A stretch of 64,000 nt of DNA from a virus (IMGVR_UViG_3300050156_000193:8450-72449), one strand, 5' to 3'; shown: positions 36,811-45,931, counted from the first letter of the stretch. Translations and numbers: made by a program. The notes: generated by a model not told the origin, from the sequence alone.

Positions 36811-37035
36811 ATGTCTGACGCTCAATTCACCCGAGCTGCCCAATCCACCGCTCAAACCGCTGCTTCGGCCGCAAACCCGACCCCGCTGGTGATGCAAACT
36901 GGCGTGGTCCTGGGCGCCTTCCTGGCTACCACTCTTCTGGCCGGCTTCATCGGCTATAAGATGGGCGTCAAGGACGGGGCTGCCTCTGCAGCTGACGCCC
37001 AGTTGTCCGATGTCCCAGTCACCGAAGCTGCCTAA
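36811..37035 (+). CDS. Small membrane protein (true start of the 36502 ORF)
   Basis: SD AAAGGA + ATG at 36811; TM helix VVLGAFLATTLLAGFIGY. Confidence 0.7.
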   Translation: MSDAQFTRAAQSTAQTAASAANPTPLVMQTGVVLGAFLATTLLAGFIGYKMGVKDGAASAADAQLSDVPVTEAA

Positions 37036-37360
37036 TCAGGCCAGAGTCGGGATTCTTGCAGGGGTCACCAGCCGACCCCTGCCCCCGTGGCTCATCTCTC
37101 AGGTTATTAACATGCAGCAAGACTTTCCCGACAATTTGGCACAGGCTGGTTTCAACGGTATCAACGTCCAGTTCACCTTGACAGAGGAGGAACGGGAAAA
37201 GATGATCAATCACTGTATTAAGATGCAGGAGCTGACAGAGAAACGAGAGATGATCGGTATCGTATCTTCAGTTGCCTCCGTTGCTTTGACCATCGTCGGT
37301 ATCGTTGCCATCGGGTTCTCCATTTCTGCTGGTGCAAAGCATGAAATCGGTCAGTTCTAA
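37010..37360 (+). CDS. Small membrane protein
   Basis: C-terminal TM helix; start uncertain (37010 or 37112). Confidence 0.5.
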   Translation: MSQSPKLPNQARVGILAGVTSRPLPPWLISQVINMQQDFPDNLAQAGFNGINVQFTLTEEEREKMINHCIKMQELTEKREMIGIVSSVASVALTIVGIVAIGFSISAGAKHEIGQF

Positions 37361-37372
37361 AGAACTGAATTG

Positions 37373-37405
37373 AAAAGACAAGCTAAGTTCAGCCTGTCTT
37401 TTTTT
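37373..37405 (+). terminator. Intrinsic terminator
   Basis: AAAAGACA-aGCT...AGCc-TGTCTTTTTTT. Confidence 0.7.
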
Positions 37406-37445
37406 GGTTAAACCAAAGTAAATACTGAAATTAAGAGATTTTTAA

Positions 37446-38468
37446 ATGGGTGGAAATGCACTTTCATTGCCGTCCGTCAGGCTTTGTGCCGACGTCTATT
37501 TCAAGGTAGAAGACAGCTGTGTACAAAGTCTTCGTAAAGCTTTTCCAGACTGCAGAGTAGAGCCTATCTTGGCCTACCGGGAAAAGAGGAGCTTTGGGGA
37601 CTTGGATATTCTGGTCTCAAGAGAAGGATTTGATCCTGTAGCAGCTTCAAGCGCTTTTTCCCAACCTTCTCACTTTGAAACAGTTAGAAATGGGCCAGTG
37701 ACTTCCTATGGTATCCGAGTAGGTCCTGAGCCTTTCGGAATCTTCCAAGTCGACATCATCACAGCCCCTGCAGACCAGTTTGAAGCAGCGTTGAACTATT
37801 TCAATTACAACGACTTGGGTAATCTTCTAGGTAGAATTGCTCACTCAATGGGTGGGCTGAAGCTGGGTCATGATGGGCTCACTTACCCAGTCCGTGCAGG
37901 GGACGGTAATCACGTCCTCGGAATCATTCCTATCTACACGGATTATTCCAAGATCATCCCCCTGATTGGACTAGACTACTCAAGGTTCCAAGCCGGGTTT
38001 GATAGCTTAGAACAGATCTTTGAATTTGTAGCAAGCAGCACTTACTTCAATTCAGATATCTATCTACTGCATAATCGGAATGCCACAGGTCGTATCAGAG
38101 ATAAGAAGAGAAAGACTTATATGGACTTCTTAACTTGGCTGGAGAGGCGTCCCAATCTTTCCAAGAAAGACGAAGTCCGACCTTCCCGGTCTGATTGGCT
38201 GGCGAAGTTCAAGCAAGAAATCCCAGGATTCGAATCTAAATACGAGGAAATCATGGAAGAACGCCGTTTAAACGAAGCCTTAAAACTGAAATTCAACGGG
38301 AATCTGATCTCAGAATGGACGGAGTTAGAAGGCAAACCTCTTGGTCAGTTCATGGCAGCATTCAATGCTCTTTTCGCTTCCAAGCAAGACATGCGAAGTT
38401 GCCTGCTAAGCTGTAGTCCTGAAAAGATCAAGCAGACAGTCCTTGATTTCCACTCCGTTTTCAAGTAG
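37446..38468 (+). CDS. Pol-beta-superfamily nucleotidyltransferase
   Basis: KRSFGDLDILV and FQVDII (DxD...D). Confidence 0.75.
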   Translation: MGGNALSLPSVRLCADVYFKVEDSCVQSLRKAFPDCRVEPILAYREKRSFGDLDILVSREGFDPVAASSAFSQPSHFETVRNGPVTSYGIRVGPEPFGIFQVDIITAPADQFEAALNYFNYNDLGNLLGRIAHSMGGLKLGHDGLTYPVRAGDGNHVLGIIPIYTDYSKIIPLIGLDYSRFQAGFDSLEQIFEFVASSTYFNSDIYLLHNRNATGRIRDKKRKTYMDFLTWLERRPNLSKKDEVRPSRSDWLAKFKQEIPGFESKYEEIMEERRLNEALKLKFNGNLISEWTELEGKPLGQFMAAFNALFASKQDMRSCLLSCSPEKIKQTVLDFHSVFK

Positions 38469-38477
38469 AATTTACCC

Positions 38478-38816
38478 ATGCCGATCCTAGATTTAACTTT
38501 GACCAACCCTTCTGTAAAAGCCTTTATGGAGGGGCATTCCGACATCCCTCCCGTAGGGGAGCTTCTGTGGATCCATTCCCACTTTATGGAAGACAACTTC
38601 CTATCCGAAATCGAAGTCATGGTAGCCATGGCGGAGCAGGTCATCCTGGAAAACCCTAAAAAGAAGGGGATAGCCGCAAAGCTGGTATCTTTGGCGGAGA
38701 AGTTTGCAACTCAAATCGGCACGATAAATGAGCAGACTGCACCAGAGATACTCATGACTTTAAGAGAGATTTTTCGAGTATGCACAAGGATTCTTCATGT
38801 TGTTAATAAAAGTTAA
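38478..38816 (+). CDS. Hypothetical protein
   Basis: In-operon ORF. Confidence 0.55.
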   Translation: MPILDLTLTNPSVKAFMEGHSDIPPVGELLWIHSHFMEDNFLSEIEVMVAMAEQVILENPKKKGIAAKLVSLAEKFATQIGTINEQTAPEILMTLREIFRVCTRILHVVNKS

Positions 38817-39318
38817 GCAGACTGGTGATACGGTTCGTCTGAATTGCTGGGTATGGCTGGCCGGTGCCTTAGGGTTTTCAAAAAGCCTTAACCTAGCTTA
38901 TCACAGCGAAAAGTACAACTTCTCCTTCTCCTCCTTTTCTCAGTATTGGGAGGAGATTGGGAAGAGGGAGGCTTTGGCAGAAGTCATTGCTTCCAACTTG
39001 GAAATCAAAGGGATCTCTACTTCAGAGATGATCTCTTTGGCTGCAAGGTACTCTTTTGGCCGTCGCCCAGGAGTAGTCCTGTTTAACATTGACCTCTCCT
39101 CGGTAGGTAGAATCAAGGATAGGCTCCCAGGTGCAAACATCACGCCTTTCCTGCAAAGCTTCGTGATGATCCCTGCTAAGAATCGAGAGCATGCTCTGAA
39201 AATACTAGGTAGAATCCCGGAAACTCTAGCAGAAGGTATTGCTATTGATGATGGGTTTATCATTGATACGAACCGGTCAGAGTCTTTCAAAGCTTCGGGA
39301 CAAGAGGGTTTGCTGTGA
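38797..39318 (+). CDS. Hypothetical protein
   Basis: In-operon ORF. Confidence 0.55.
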   Translation: MLLIKVKQTGDTVRLNCWVWLAGALGFSKSLNLAYHSEKYNFSFSSFSQYWEEIGKREALAEVIASNLEIKGISTSEMISLAARYSFGRRPGVVLFNIDLSSVGRIKDRLPGANITPFLQSFVMIPAKNREHALKILGRIPETLAEGIAIDDGFIIDTNRSESFKASGQEGLL

Positions 39319-39623
39319 AAGGGTACGTGTACTCAGATCTAGACGATAACCTCTTCGTCCTCCTTGCAAGCTACATTGATGAGGTTGACCCTGGGTACTG
39401 GAGTCGCAACCATGCTTCCATCAATTCGGTTTGGAAGTTTGATACCGAAGATGATGAGGTAATGACTCGGCTTCTGGCAAGTATCAGTCGACATGAGTTT
39501 CCTCAACATAAAGTCCTACTGTTGTGCTCTGCTATGAACTTCGACTTAGCAGCTTTCATTGATAGGGTCCGAGCTAGATCCCAGCCAAACAACCCTATCC
39601 CCGTTGAACCCGATGGTGAATAG
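39315..39623 (+). CDS. Hypothetical protein
   Basis: GTGA overlap with the upstream stop. Confidence 0.55.
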   Translation: MKGYVYSDLDDNLFVLLASYIDEVDPGYWSRNHASINSVWKFDTEDDEVMTRLLASISRHEFPQHKVLLLCSAMNFDLAAFIDRVRARSQPNNPIPVEPDGE

Positions 39624-39631
39624 CTGAACCA

Positions 39632-41401
39632 ATGCGTATTGCTTTTACTCAAGATAGAGCTAATTTGGTACTGATCGAGGAGGGTATTGATGACTACAAG
39701 TCAATCTCCGGCTTCCCTGCATTTACCAAGATTGGGGTTAGTACAACAATCCCTGCAATTCTCCCCGTTGCCTACAACGTTGTAAACCGGGTTTTAGCAT
39801 CGTTTAAGAAGGTAAGGGTGGATCCTGAGGTCCAAGCTTGGCTAAGTCAGGACTTTAAGTTGAAGCCTCTACCGGAGAGTTTCAATTTCCATACAAGCCC
39901 AAAGGACTTTCAAGAGATCTCTTTGCGGTTCCTATACACCCTGGGAAGTGCAGGGCTGCTACTGGATCCTGGAATGGGGAAGTCCAAGGTAGTCCTAGAC
40001 TACATCCATTTAATGGGGTTTCAAAAGGTTGCCATCGTATGTCCCAAGGCACTGCTGTTCGTCTGGGAAGATGAGATTGCCAAGCATCGCCCTGAACTGA
40101 ACTTTTACACCTTGAAGAGTACTGACTGGGATCAGGAAAAGGCGGGAGTACTAGCTGCTCAGGTGGTAATCCTCAACTATAACAAAGCCGTTACTTTGAA
40201 GCATCGCCTCAAGGAGGTAGCTTTTGAGTTCCTCCATGTAGACGAGTTCCTAATCAAGGCACACTCTACCCAACGAACCTTGGCAATCACGGAGTGGTCA
40301 AAGAAGGTACCCTTTAGGTGTGGAGGTTCCGGCACTTTGATTAATAACACCCCCCTGGACGCCTTTGCCCCTATTCGGTATCTTCAGCCTGCATTGGTAG
40401 GTGGGAACTTCCATAACTTTGAGAATCGGTACACGGTCAAGAAAGAGTCTAAGGATAGAACTACGGGGAAGTCCCGGAAGATCATTGTGAACTTCAAAGG
40501 TCAGAACGAAGTTCGATCTATGCTTGAGAGTTGCTGTATCGTGATGACTAAAGAGCATTGGTTAAAGCTGCCGGAGAAGCACTTTCACGATATCTACGTT
40601 CAAATGGGAGAGGAACAGAAAGCTGCATATTACCAGCTTGCCCATAACTACTATTTGAACATAGCAAGTAAGGACGTTGTTGTAGACAACCCGCTGGTGA
40701 TGCTCTCTAAGCTGTATCAGATCTCGAACGGGTTTTTGTATCTGAGTGAAGAGTCAGAGGGCGATGCACTTTCTTGGTTACTTCCGGTATCAGAAGAGTC
40801 TGGGGTAAAACCTGCTAAGAAGAAGCCTGGGAAAAGAGAGATCCATTTCTTCCCAGACAACCCAAAGATCTCCTCATTACGTAAGTTGCTTACCGAGACG
40901 ATTCCAAGTAGAAAGGCACTTATTTGGTTTAACCTTGAGGGGGAGTATCTCCTCATTAAGGATCTACTGGATGAGCTAGGCAGGCCATTTCTTACCATTA
41001 GAGGGGGAGAGAAGGACGTCGGAGGGAAGGTTCGGGAGTTTAATAAGAACCCTGAGATCCCTTGGCTACTATGCCAGTCAAAGTCTGTGAACTATGGGAT
41101 TACTGTGATGGGGTCTAGGGTAGAGGACCTTGAAGCTGAGGGGTTAACCGTTTTACCTGATGTGGACACCTCAGTCTACACAGAGGTCTTCTTCAGTCTT
41201 AATTTCAGCTTGGAGGTATTCTTGCAACAACAAGATAGAATCCACAGATTGGGACAAGAGCATGACTGTGATTACTACCGCCTATTTACCAATAGTCCAG
41301 TTGAGATGAAGATCCGGCAAGCGATCTCTGATAAGATGTCGATCAAGGAAGAGATGCTGGTGGATGTGGCGGAAACTGTGCTGAAAAGCAAAATTCTATG
41401 A
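39632..41401 (+). CDS. SNF2-family helicase
   Basis: LLLDPGMGKS, HVDE, GSGT, VNYGIT, QQQDRIHRLGQ. Confidence 0.9.
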   Translation: MRIAFTQDRANLVLIEEGIDDYKSISGFPAFTKIGVSTTIPAILPVAYNVVNRVLASFKKVRVDPEVQAWLSQDFKLKPLPESFNFHTSPKDFQEISLRFLYTLGSAGLLLDPGMGKSKVVLDYIHLMGFQKVAIVCPKALLFVWEDEIAKHRPELNFYTLKSTDWDQEKAGVLAAQVVILNYNKAVTLKHRLKEVAFEFLHVDEFLIKAHSTQRTLAITEWSKKVPFRCGGSGTLINNTPLDAFAPIRYLQPALVGGNFHNFENRYTVKKESKDRTTGKSRKIIVNFKGQNEVRSMLESCCIVMTKEHWLKLPEKHFHDIYVQMGEEQKAAYYQLAHNYYLNIASKDVVVDNPLVMLSKLYQISNGFLYLSEESEGDALSWLLPVSEESGVKPAKKKPGKREIHFFPDNPKISSLRKLLTETIPSRKALIWFNLEGEYLLIKDLLDELGRPFLTIRGGEKDVGGKVREFNKNPEIPWLLCQSKSVNYGITVMGSRVEDLEAEGLTVLPDVDTSVYTEVFFSLNFSLEVFLQQQDRIHRLGQEHDCDYYRLFTNSPVEMKIRQAISDKMSIKEEMLVDVAETVLKSKIL

Positions 41402-41438
41402 TTCAATAATTGGATTGAAACTTGGTATAAGAATAGTA
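41402..41438 (+). promoter_or_regulatory. Class I phage promoter
   Basis: TTCAAT-N18-TATAAG-AATAGTA. Confidence 0.8.
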
Positions 41439-41459
41439 GAAACAACTAAAGGATATCCA

Positions 41460-41717
41460 ATGAATGCGACTCTTAGTCTCAATCATTACTTGGTGGAGAT
41501 TGTTCTAGATCCTCTCGTTTGTCTTTTTCCAAATAGGGAAAAGCACGTCTGTTATGAAGAGGTCTTATCTGAGAATATGGGCGATGCCAAGAAGCGGGCA
41601 TACGAGCAATTCAGACGTAGATGTGAATATGAACCCGCCATGCATCAGAAGATGGCATCTAGAAAGTTGATCTACTATTTCTGCAAAGCAGGAGAAGCCG
41701 TTTGCTTGGACGACTAA
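41460..41717 (+). CDS. Hypothetical protein
   Basis: SD AAAGGA + ATG at 41460. Confidence 0.6.
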   Translation: MNATLSLNHYLVEIVLDPLVCLFPNREKHVCYEEVLSENMGDAKKRAYEQFRRRCEYEPAMHQKMASRKLIYYFCKAGEAVCLDD

Positions 41718-41718
41718 C

Positions 41719-41946
41719 ATGTCCACCACCGTTCTTTCATATCTATCATCTCTCCGCCCAGCCATTCCGTTCTCCGTTGAACCCCCCTGCACCTTAATGA
41801 GTGGTGGCGAATTAAAACGTCACCTCCAACAAGGCGGTGTTTTGATCAATGGTGAAAAGTGCCTGCCGCAAGAACCTCTCGATTTCCCAGTGTTTTCACT
41901 GGTATTTTTCCCTAAGTCTAAAACTCGACGTTGTACGTTGGTTTGA
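41719..41946 (+). CDS. Stand-alone S4-like RNA-binding domain protein
   Basis: SGGELKRHLQQGGVLINGE resembles the S4 motif of the TyrRS C-terminal domain. Confidence 0.55.
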   Translation: MSTTVLSYLSSLRPAIPFSVEPPCTLMSGGELKRHLQQGGVLINGEKCLPQEPLDFPVFSLVFFPKSKTRRCTLV

Positions 41947-41980
41947 GACTCTTCTCCCCTCTCTCCTTAAAGGAACCCTC

Positions 41981-42724
41981 ATGCCCCCGCTTCAACTCCC
42001 AGTCACCCCTCAAGCCCGCCGAGCCCGAATCGAAGCTCTGGCGAAGTTCGGCATCGCTGCCGCAGTGATTATCGGGGTTGCCCCGTTCGTATTCCTGCTC
42101 GTCAAGGGGGTTGTCGGACTGGCGATCTCTGCAGCAGTAGGGTTTACCGCCATCCAGTTTGCGCCGGTCTTTGCCATGAAAATCGCCAACTGGAAACTGA
42201 AAGCTATTAAAGTAGAAGCTTCTCAAAATCCAATCGAAACATTGGAGAATTTACTGATAGAACGTAAAGCTGCGCTGACTGCTGCGAAGCAAAACCTTGC
42301 TCAGATCATGGCTCAAATTGACAGCTTCATTGAGAAAGCTGAAGGGTTTGTCCGAAAGCAACCTCAGACTGCGGAGAAATGGCAAGAACGAATCCAGAAA
42401 GCCAGGACTATGCGCGCCAGCAAAGCTCGGGCTTTGGAACAGGCAGGTCAAGCAGTTCAGCAGTTCGAAAAAGAGGTCGACGTTGCCCGAGTGGAATGGG
42501 ACCTTGTTCTGGCTGAGCAAGCTATGAACAAGTCCTTGAATATCATGAGCGGCGACCCTATGGACCTGCTAAAAGAACGTACCGCCATTGACTCTGTGCG
42601 GGGCCAAATGAACGCTGCATTTGCTAGCCTGGACGTCGAGCTTTTGCTCGAAGATCAGAGCCAAGATGGAATCTTTGTTCCCCTGTCTACTCAAAAACCT
42701 GAACTCTTGGAGCGCGTGTCGTGA
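41981..42724 (+). CDS. Membrane-anchored PspA/IM30-like coiled-coil protein
   Basis: SD AAAGGA; two N-terminal TM helices; NPIETLENLL followed by long coiled coil. Confidence 0.55.
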   Translation: MPPLQLPVTPQARRARIEALAKFGIAAAVIIGVAPFVFLLVKGVVGLAISAAVGFTAIQFAPVFAMKIANWKLKAIKVEASQNPIETLENLLIERKAALTAAKQNLAQIMAQIDSFIEKAEGFVRKQPQTAEKWQERIQKARTMRASKARALEQAGQAVQQFEKEVDVARVEWDLVLAEQAMNKSLNIMSGDPMDLLKERTAIDSVRGQMNAAFASLDVELLLEDQSQDGIFVPLSTQKPELLERVS

Positions 42725-42900
42725 AGTTTCGAATCCTTGCAACCTTTCTCCTGGCTGTTGTGCTGGCCGGGCTTTACCTGGCCTCTGATTCCGGTCAAAG
42801 CCAGGGTCAAGATTTAAGCTCTTCTGCTCAGCCGATGGACTCTGTCAGCCCGAGCCAAAGTGCAAATGACGCTGCACTCCGGTCGTTGAAGATTGATTGA
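42721..42900 (+). CDS. Small secreted/anchored Ser-rich protein (unlisted ORF)
   Basis: GTGA overlap; MKFRILATFLLAVVLAGLYL signal/TM segment. Confidence 0.55.
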   Translation: MKFRILATFLLAVVLAGLYLASDSGQSQGQDLSSSAQPMDSVSPSQSANDAALRSLKID

Positions 42901-42965
42901 ATTCAGTTCTTCCATCCGTTTCACCTTCCACCCCCTACTCTCTACTCTCTACTGGAGATTTTCAA

Positions 42966-43892
42966 ATGAAACGTTGTTTTGCATTCCTATTTGCCCTGGC
43001 GTTCTCGCTGAGCGCCTTTTCTCAACAATTGGTAGTGTCTACGGGTGCTCCCAGTGGAACCTACTCAAAGATGTTCAAAGAGCTTTCGGCAGAGTGTACT
43101 CCAGTGATGAGCGTGCCTTTGATCGAAAAGAACTCCGGAGGGTCGGTGGATAACATCGACAAAATCCTGGCCAACGAAGTCAATGCCGGTATTGTCCAAA
43201 CAGACGTCTTGTTCTTCCGGGCGAAGACTGATGATTTAAGCCGGGTTAAGACTTTGGTAACTTTGTTTCCGGAAGAAGTTCATATTCTTGCCCTGTCTGC
43301 CAACCGTAAGGAGGGGGGCGTGATGGGTATGGGTGCCAAAGAAATCTCGGTGAATACTCTGTCTGATTTGAATGGTCGCAAGGTCGGGTCTTGGGGCGGC
43401 AGCTTTGTTACTGCCCAGGTGGTCCGGCTGCAATCCGAAGTTGCGTTCTCCACAGTTGAATTCCCAGACCAAAAGTCTGCTTTAGCAGCCTTGACCGCTG
43501 GCCAAGTAGATGCTATTCTTGCAGTAGGAGGTGCCCCTTTGGACTGGGTAAAGTCTCTGTCTCGTGCATACAAGCTGGTAGATATCCGGGAAGCCTTCGT
43601 AGGTAAGCTGAAAGGCATCTACAAGCCTGCCAAAGTCAGCTACCCTAACCTGGGCCAGTCTGGCGTGTCGACGGTCTCTACGGACTCTATTCTTGTCACC
43701 CGCGAGTATAAGACTCCTCGGTTTGTGGAATCTCTGAGTGCACTGCGTTCTTGCTTCCGGACGAATATCGAGGACCTCCAAGAGAAGCCCGGCAACCATG
43801 CCAAGTGGATGCTGGTGGATCCTAATACAGTGCCGAAGTGGCCTGCATACGTCTTGCCGGAAACTTCGGTAGGTACGAGTAAGAAGAAGTAA
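42966..43892 (+). CDS. TAXI-family TRAP transporter solute-binding protein
   Basis: Signal peptide; STGAPSGTYS, SGGSVDNI, GIVQTDV, LFPEEVHIL, DLNGRKV, GQVDA. Confidence 0.85.
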   Translation: MKRCFAFLFALAFSLSAFSQQLVVSTGAPSGTYSKMFKELSAECTPVMSVPLIEKNSGGSVDNIDKILANEVNAGIVQTDVLFFRAKTDDLSRVKTLVTLFPEEVHILALSANRKEGGVMGMGAKEISVNTLSDLNGRKVGSWGGSFVTAQVVRLQSEVAFSTVEFPDQKSALAALTAGQVDAILAVGGAPLDWVKSLSRAYKLVDIREAFVGKLKGIYKPAKVSYPNLGQSGVSTVSTDSILVTREYKTPRFVESLSALRSCFRTNIEDLQEKPGNHAKWMLVDPNTVPKWPAYVLPETSVGTSKKK

Positions 43893-43904
43893 AGAGCTAA
43901 ATCT

Positions 43905-43932
43905 GGGAGGGGCTTCGGCCTCTCTCTTCTTT
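43905..43932 (+). terminator. Intrinsic terminator
   Basis: GGGAGGGGC-TTCG-GCCTCTCTC-TTCTTT. Confidence 0.7.
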
Positions 43933-43943
43933 GAAAGATCCCC

Positions 43944-44200
43944 GTCAATAACCCTGGGTTAAAACCCAGGGCTTGTGAAGAACTAAGCTAACCACTTAGT
44001 TTCAACAAGACTAAACAATTGACTAGACTACGGGACTGGTTGACTCCAGAGCCCAAACTAGCTAACTAGGCATGGTAGCCTAAAGCATGTAGAGAATGTC
44101 ACGCTAGTTCTCTTCCACTGTGTTAGTGAGTGTCGAAGCGTAATAATCACAAGTGCTAAGATTGAGATTTATTTCAGTTGACCCCTTGACTTACCGTTAG
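43944..44200 (+). ncRNA. omegaRNA scaffold (guide predicted from 5' flank ~43924-43943)
   Basis: ~260-nt non-coding stretch between left end and isrB with IscB/IsrB-type blocks TTGACTAGACT, GCTAGTTC and GTCGAAGCG; boundaries approximate. Confidence 0.7.
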
Positions 44201-44206
44201 GAATTC

Positions 44207-45256
44207 ATGACTGTTTATGTTTTTGTAGTAAATGCTGAAGGGGTACCTCTGATGCCCACCAGCCCATCTAGGGCAAGGCGTTGGATAAAGTCCGGAAAAG
44301 CTACTGCCTTTTTTCGGAAGGGGGTCTTTTGTGTTCGTCTTAATGTTGAACCTAGTGACTCTAAGACTCAAGAGATTGTAGTAGGGATCGACCCTGGTTC
44401 TAAAAAAGAGGCCTTTACCATCAAGTCTGAGGCCCATACTTTTCTTAGTATCCAGACTGATGCTGTGACTTGGGTTAAAGATAAAATAGAGACCCGACGA
44501 AACATGCGAAGAACTCGTAGGACTAGAAAAACCCCCTATCGAAAATGCCGCTGGAATAGAACTAAAAAGTACACACTAGACAACCCACGCCTTTCCCCTA
44601 GTACAAGAGCCCGTTGGGGTTTAAAGATTAGGATTTCAACGTGGATTAAGTCCTTCTGTCCAGTGTCGTGTTTTGTAGTAGAAGACATTAAGGCTAGAAC
44701 AAGGCCGGGTACACACCGGGGGGCTAGACATTGGAATTGTAACTTCAGCCCCTTAGAAGTCGGAAAGCATTGGTTCTACAGAAGCTTACGAAAGCTTGCT
44801 AGAGTTGAAACTCAAGAGGGACATGAGACCTACGAGATGAGAAGATCTGCTGGCTTGAGTAAATCTAGCCAAAAGCTTTCCAATAACTTCAACGCTCACT
44901 GTGTAGACTCTTGGGTTTTGGCAAACTGGTGGGTAGGTGGGGGAATCAAGCCTGAGAACTTTTGGCGGATCATTTTGAAGCCTGCTCAGTTTTTCAGGCG
45001 GCAGCTTCATACGCTTCAACCCGCCAAAGGGGGCTTGCGTAGGAATTATGGTTCCACTAGAAGCCTCGGGTTTAAACGGATGAGTTTAGTTACTCATCCT
45101 AAATTTGGACTGGTTACGATTGGTGGCACTTCTAACGGAAGGGTTTCTCTTCATGATATTTCTAGAAACAAAAGGCTTGCTCAAAATGCGAAAATAGAAG
45201 ACATTAGTTTTCTGTCGTTCTTACCTTGGTCCTATTTCTACTTAGATGCTGAATAG
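44207..45256 (+). CDS. isrB: IsrB RNA-guided nickase (HNH-less IscB relative)
   Basis: PLMP domain, RuvC-I GIDPG, Arg-rich bridge helix, RuvC-II VVEDI, RuvC-III HCVD; no HNH; 349 aa. Confidence 0.85.
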   Translation: MTVYVFVVNAEGVPLMPTSPSRARRWIKSGKATAFFRKGVFCVRLNVEPSDSKTQEIVVGIDPGSKKEAFTIKSEAHTFLSIQTDAVTWVKDKIETRRNMRRTRRTRKTPYRKCRWNRTKKYTLDNPRLSPSTRARWGLKIRISTWIKSFCPVSCFVVEDIKARTRPGTHRGARHWNCNFSPLEVGKHWFYRSLRKLARVETQEGHETYEMRRSAGLSKSSQKLSNNFNAHCVDSWVLANWWVGGGIKPENFWRIILKPAQFFRRQLHTLQPAKGGLRRNYGSTRSLGFKRMSLVTHPKFGLVTIGGTSNGRVSLHDISRNKRLAQNAKIEDISFLSFLPWSYFYLDAE

Positions 45257-45324
45257 AAATAGGTTTAATCTGCTCCCTGGACTAAAGTCCAGGGTTTCAC
45301 GCGCTTTGCGCTTATTTTGATGAA
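45221..45324. repeat. Right-end copy 1 (paired with 46216-46319)
   Basis: 104-nt direct repeat with 5 mismatches. Confidence 0.9.
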
Positions 45325-45490
45325 CAACAAGCTCCTAATCATAATCGCCTTTGTTGCTGGCATCGTAGGGGGCTTTACTAGTATCGCGCTGAACACGTAC
45401 CTGGTAGAGCCCAATCCCTTCCTAATGCCGAAAACCTCAAAGCTTCCATTAATGAGTCCGACTCCTGCATCAGGGAAGTCGACTCATTGA
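45320..45490 (+). CDS. Small membrane protein interrupted at its start by the element (unlisted ORF)
   Basis: MNNKLLIIIAFVAGIVGGFTSIAL..., 56 aa. Confidence 0.55.
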   Translation: MNNKLLIIIAFVAGIVGGFTSIALNTYLVEPNPFLMPKTSKLPLMSPTPASGKSTH

Positions 45491-45517
45491 AAGCCCATCT
45501 GGGCTTTTTAATTTAAC

Positions 45518-45931
45518 TTGGAAAATCAAATGGATACTGGAAAAACTGGTAGATATTGGTACTGTGTAACCTCTTACGGGGCTGCGACGCTTTGTGTGGA
45601 TGAGGATAACGCCCATCAAGTTGCCAGGGACTGCGACATACGTTGGCCTCAAAACGGTCCGCACCAAGTGGTGCAGCTGGTTGATGTCAAAGATCTTGAC
45701 GCTTTAGAAGCCAGGGCAACTGACGCAGAGGCTGAGCGCGATAACTTGCGTGCAAAAATGGATGAGCTGTACGCACAGAAGCCTGTCGGATTTGTGGTAA
45801 GCCTTGATTGGAAAGGTAGGGAATCAGAAACAATCCTGAAAATCACGCGGGAACGGCAGGCAGGGTACGGGTTTATCCAGCCGCTATACACACCCCTCCC
45901 GACGGCGGGCACTGCTACATGTTTGAAGTAG
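45518..45931 (+). CDS. Hypothetical phage protein
   Basis: TTG start; coiled coil AEAERDNLRAKM of a type seen in temperate-phage early proteins. Confidence 0.5.
   Translation: MENQMDTGKTGRYWYCVTSYGAATLCVDEDNAHQVARDCDIRWPQNGPHQVVQLVDVKDLDALEARATDAEAERDNLRAKMDELYAQKPVGFVVSLDWKGRESETILKITRERQAGYGFIQPLYTPLPTAGTATCLK

Larger units (their letters stand above)
43944..45319 (+). mobile_element. Non-autonomous IS200/IS605-type element carrying omegaRNA + isrB
   Basis: Left end GTCAATAA-CCCTGGGTT-aa-AACCCAGGG-CTTG; right-end hairpin CCCTGGACT-aa-AGTCCAGGG (45275-45294); no tnpA; followed by ATGA. Confidence 0.8.

Noticed and set aside
44207-45256. IscB, Cas9 or TnpB call
   Set aside because: PLMP domain and N-terminal RuvC-I exclude TnpB; no HNH between RuvC-II and RuvC-III, and the length of 349 aa fits IsrB
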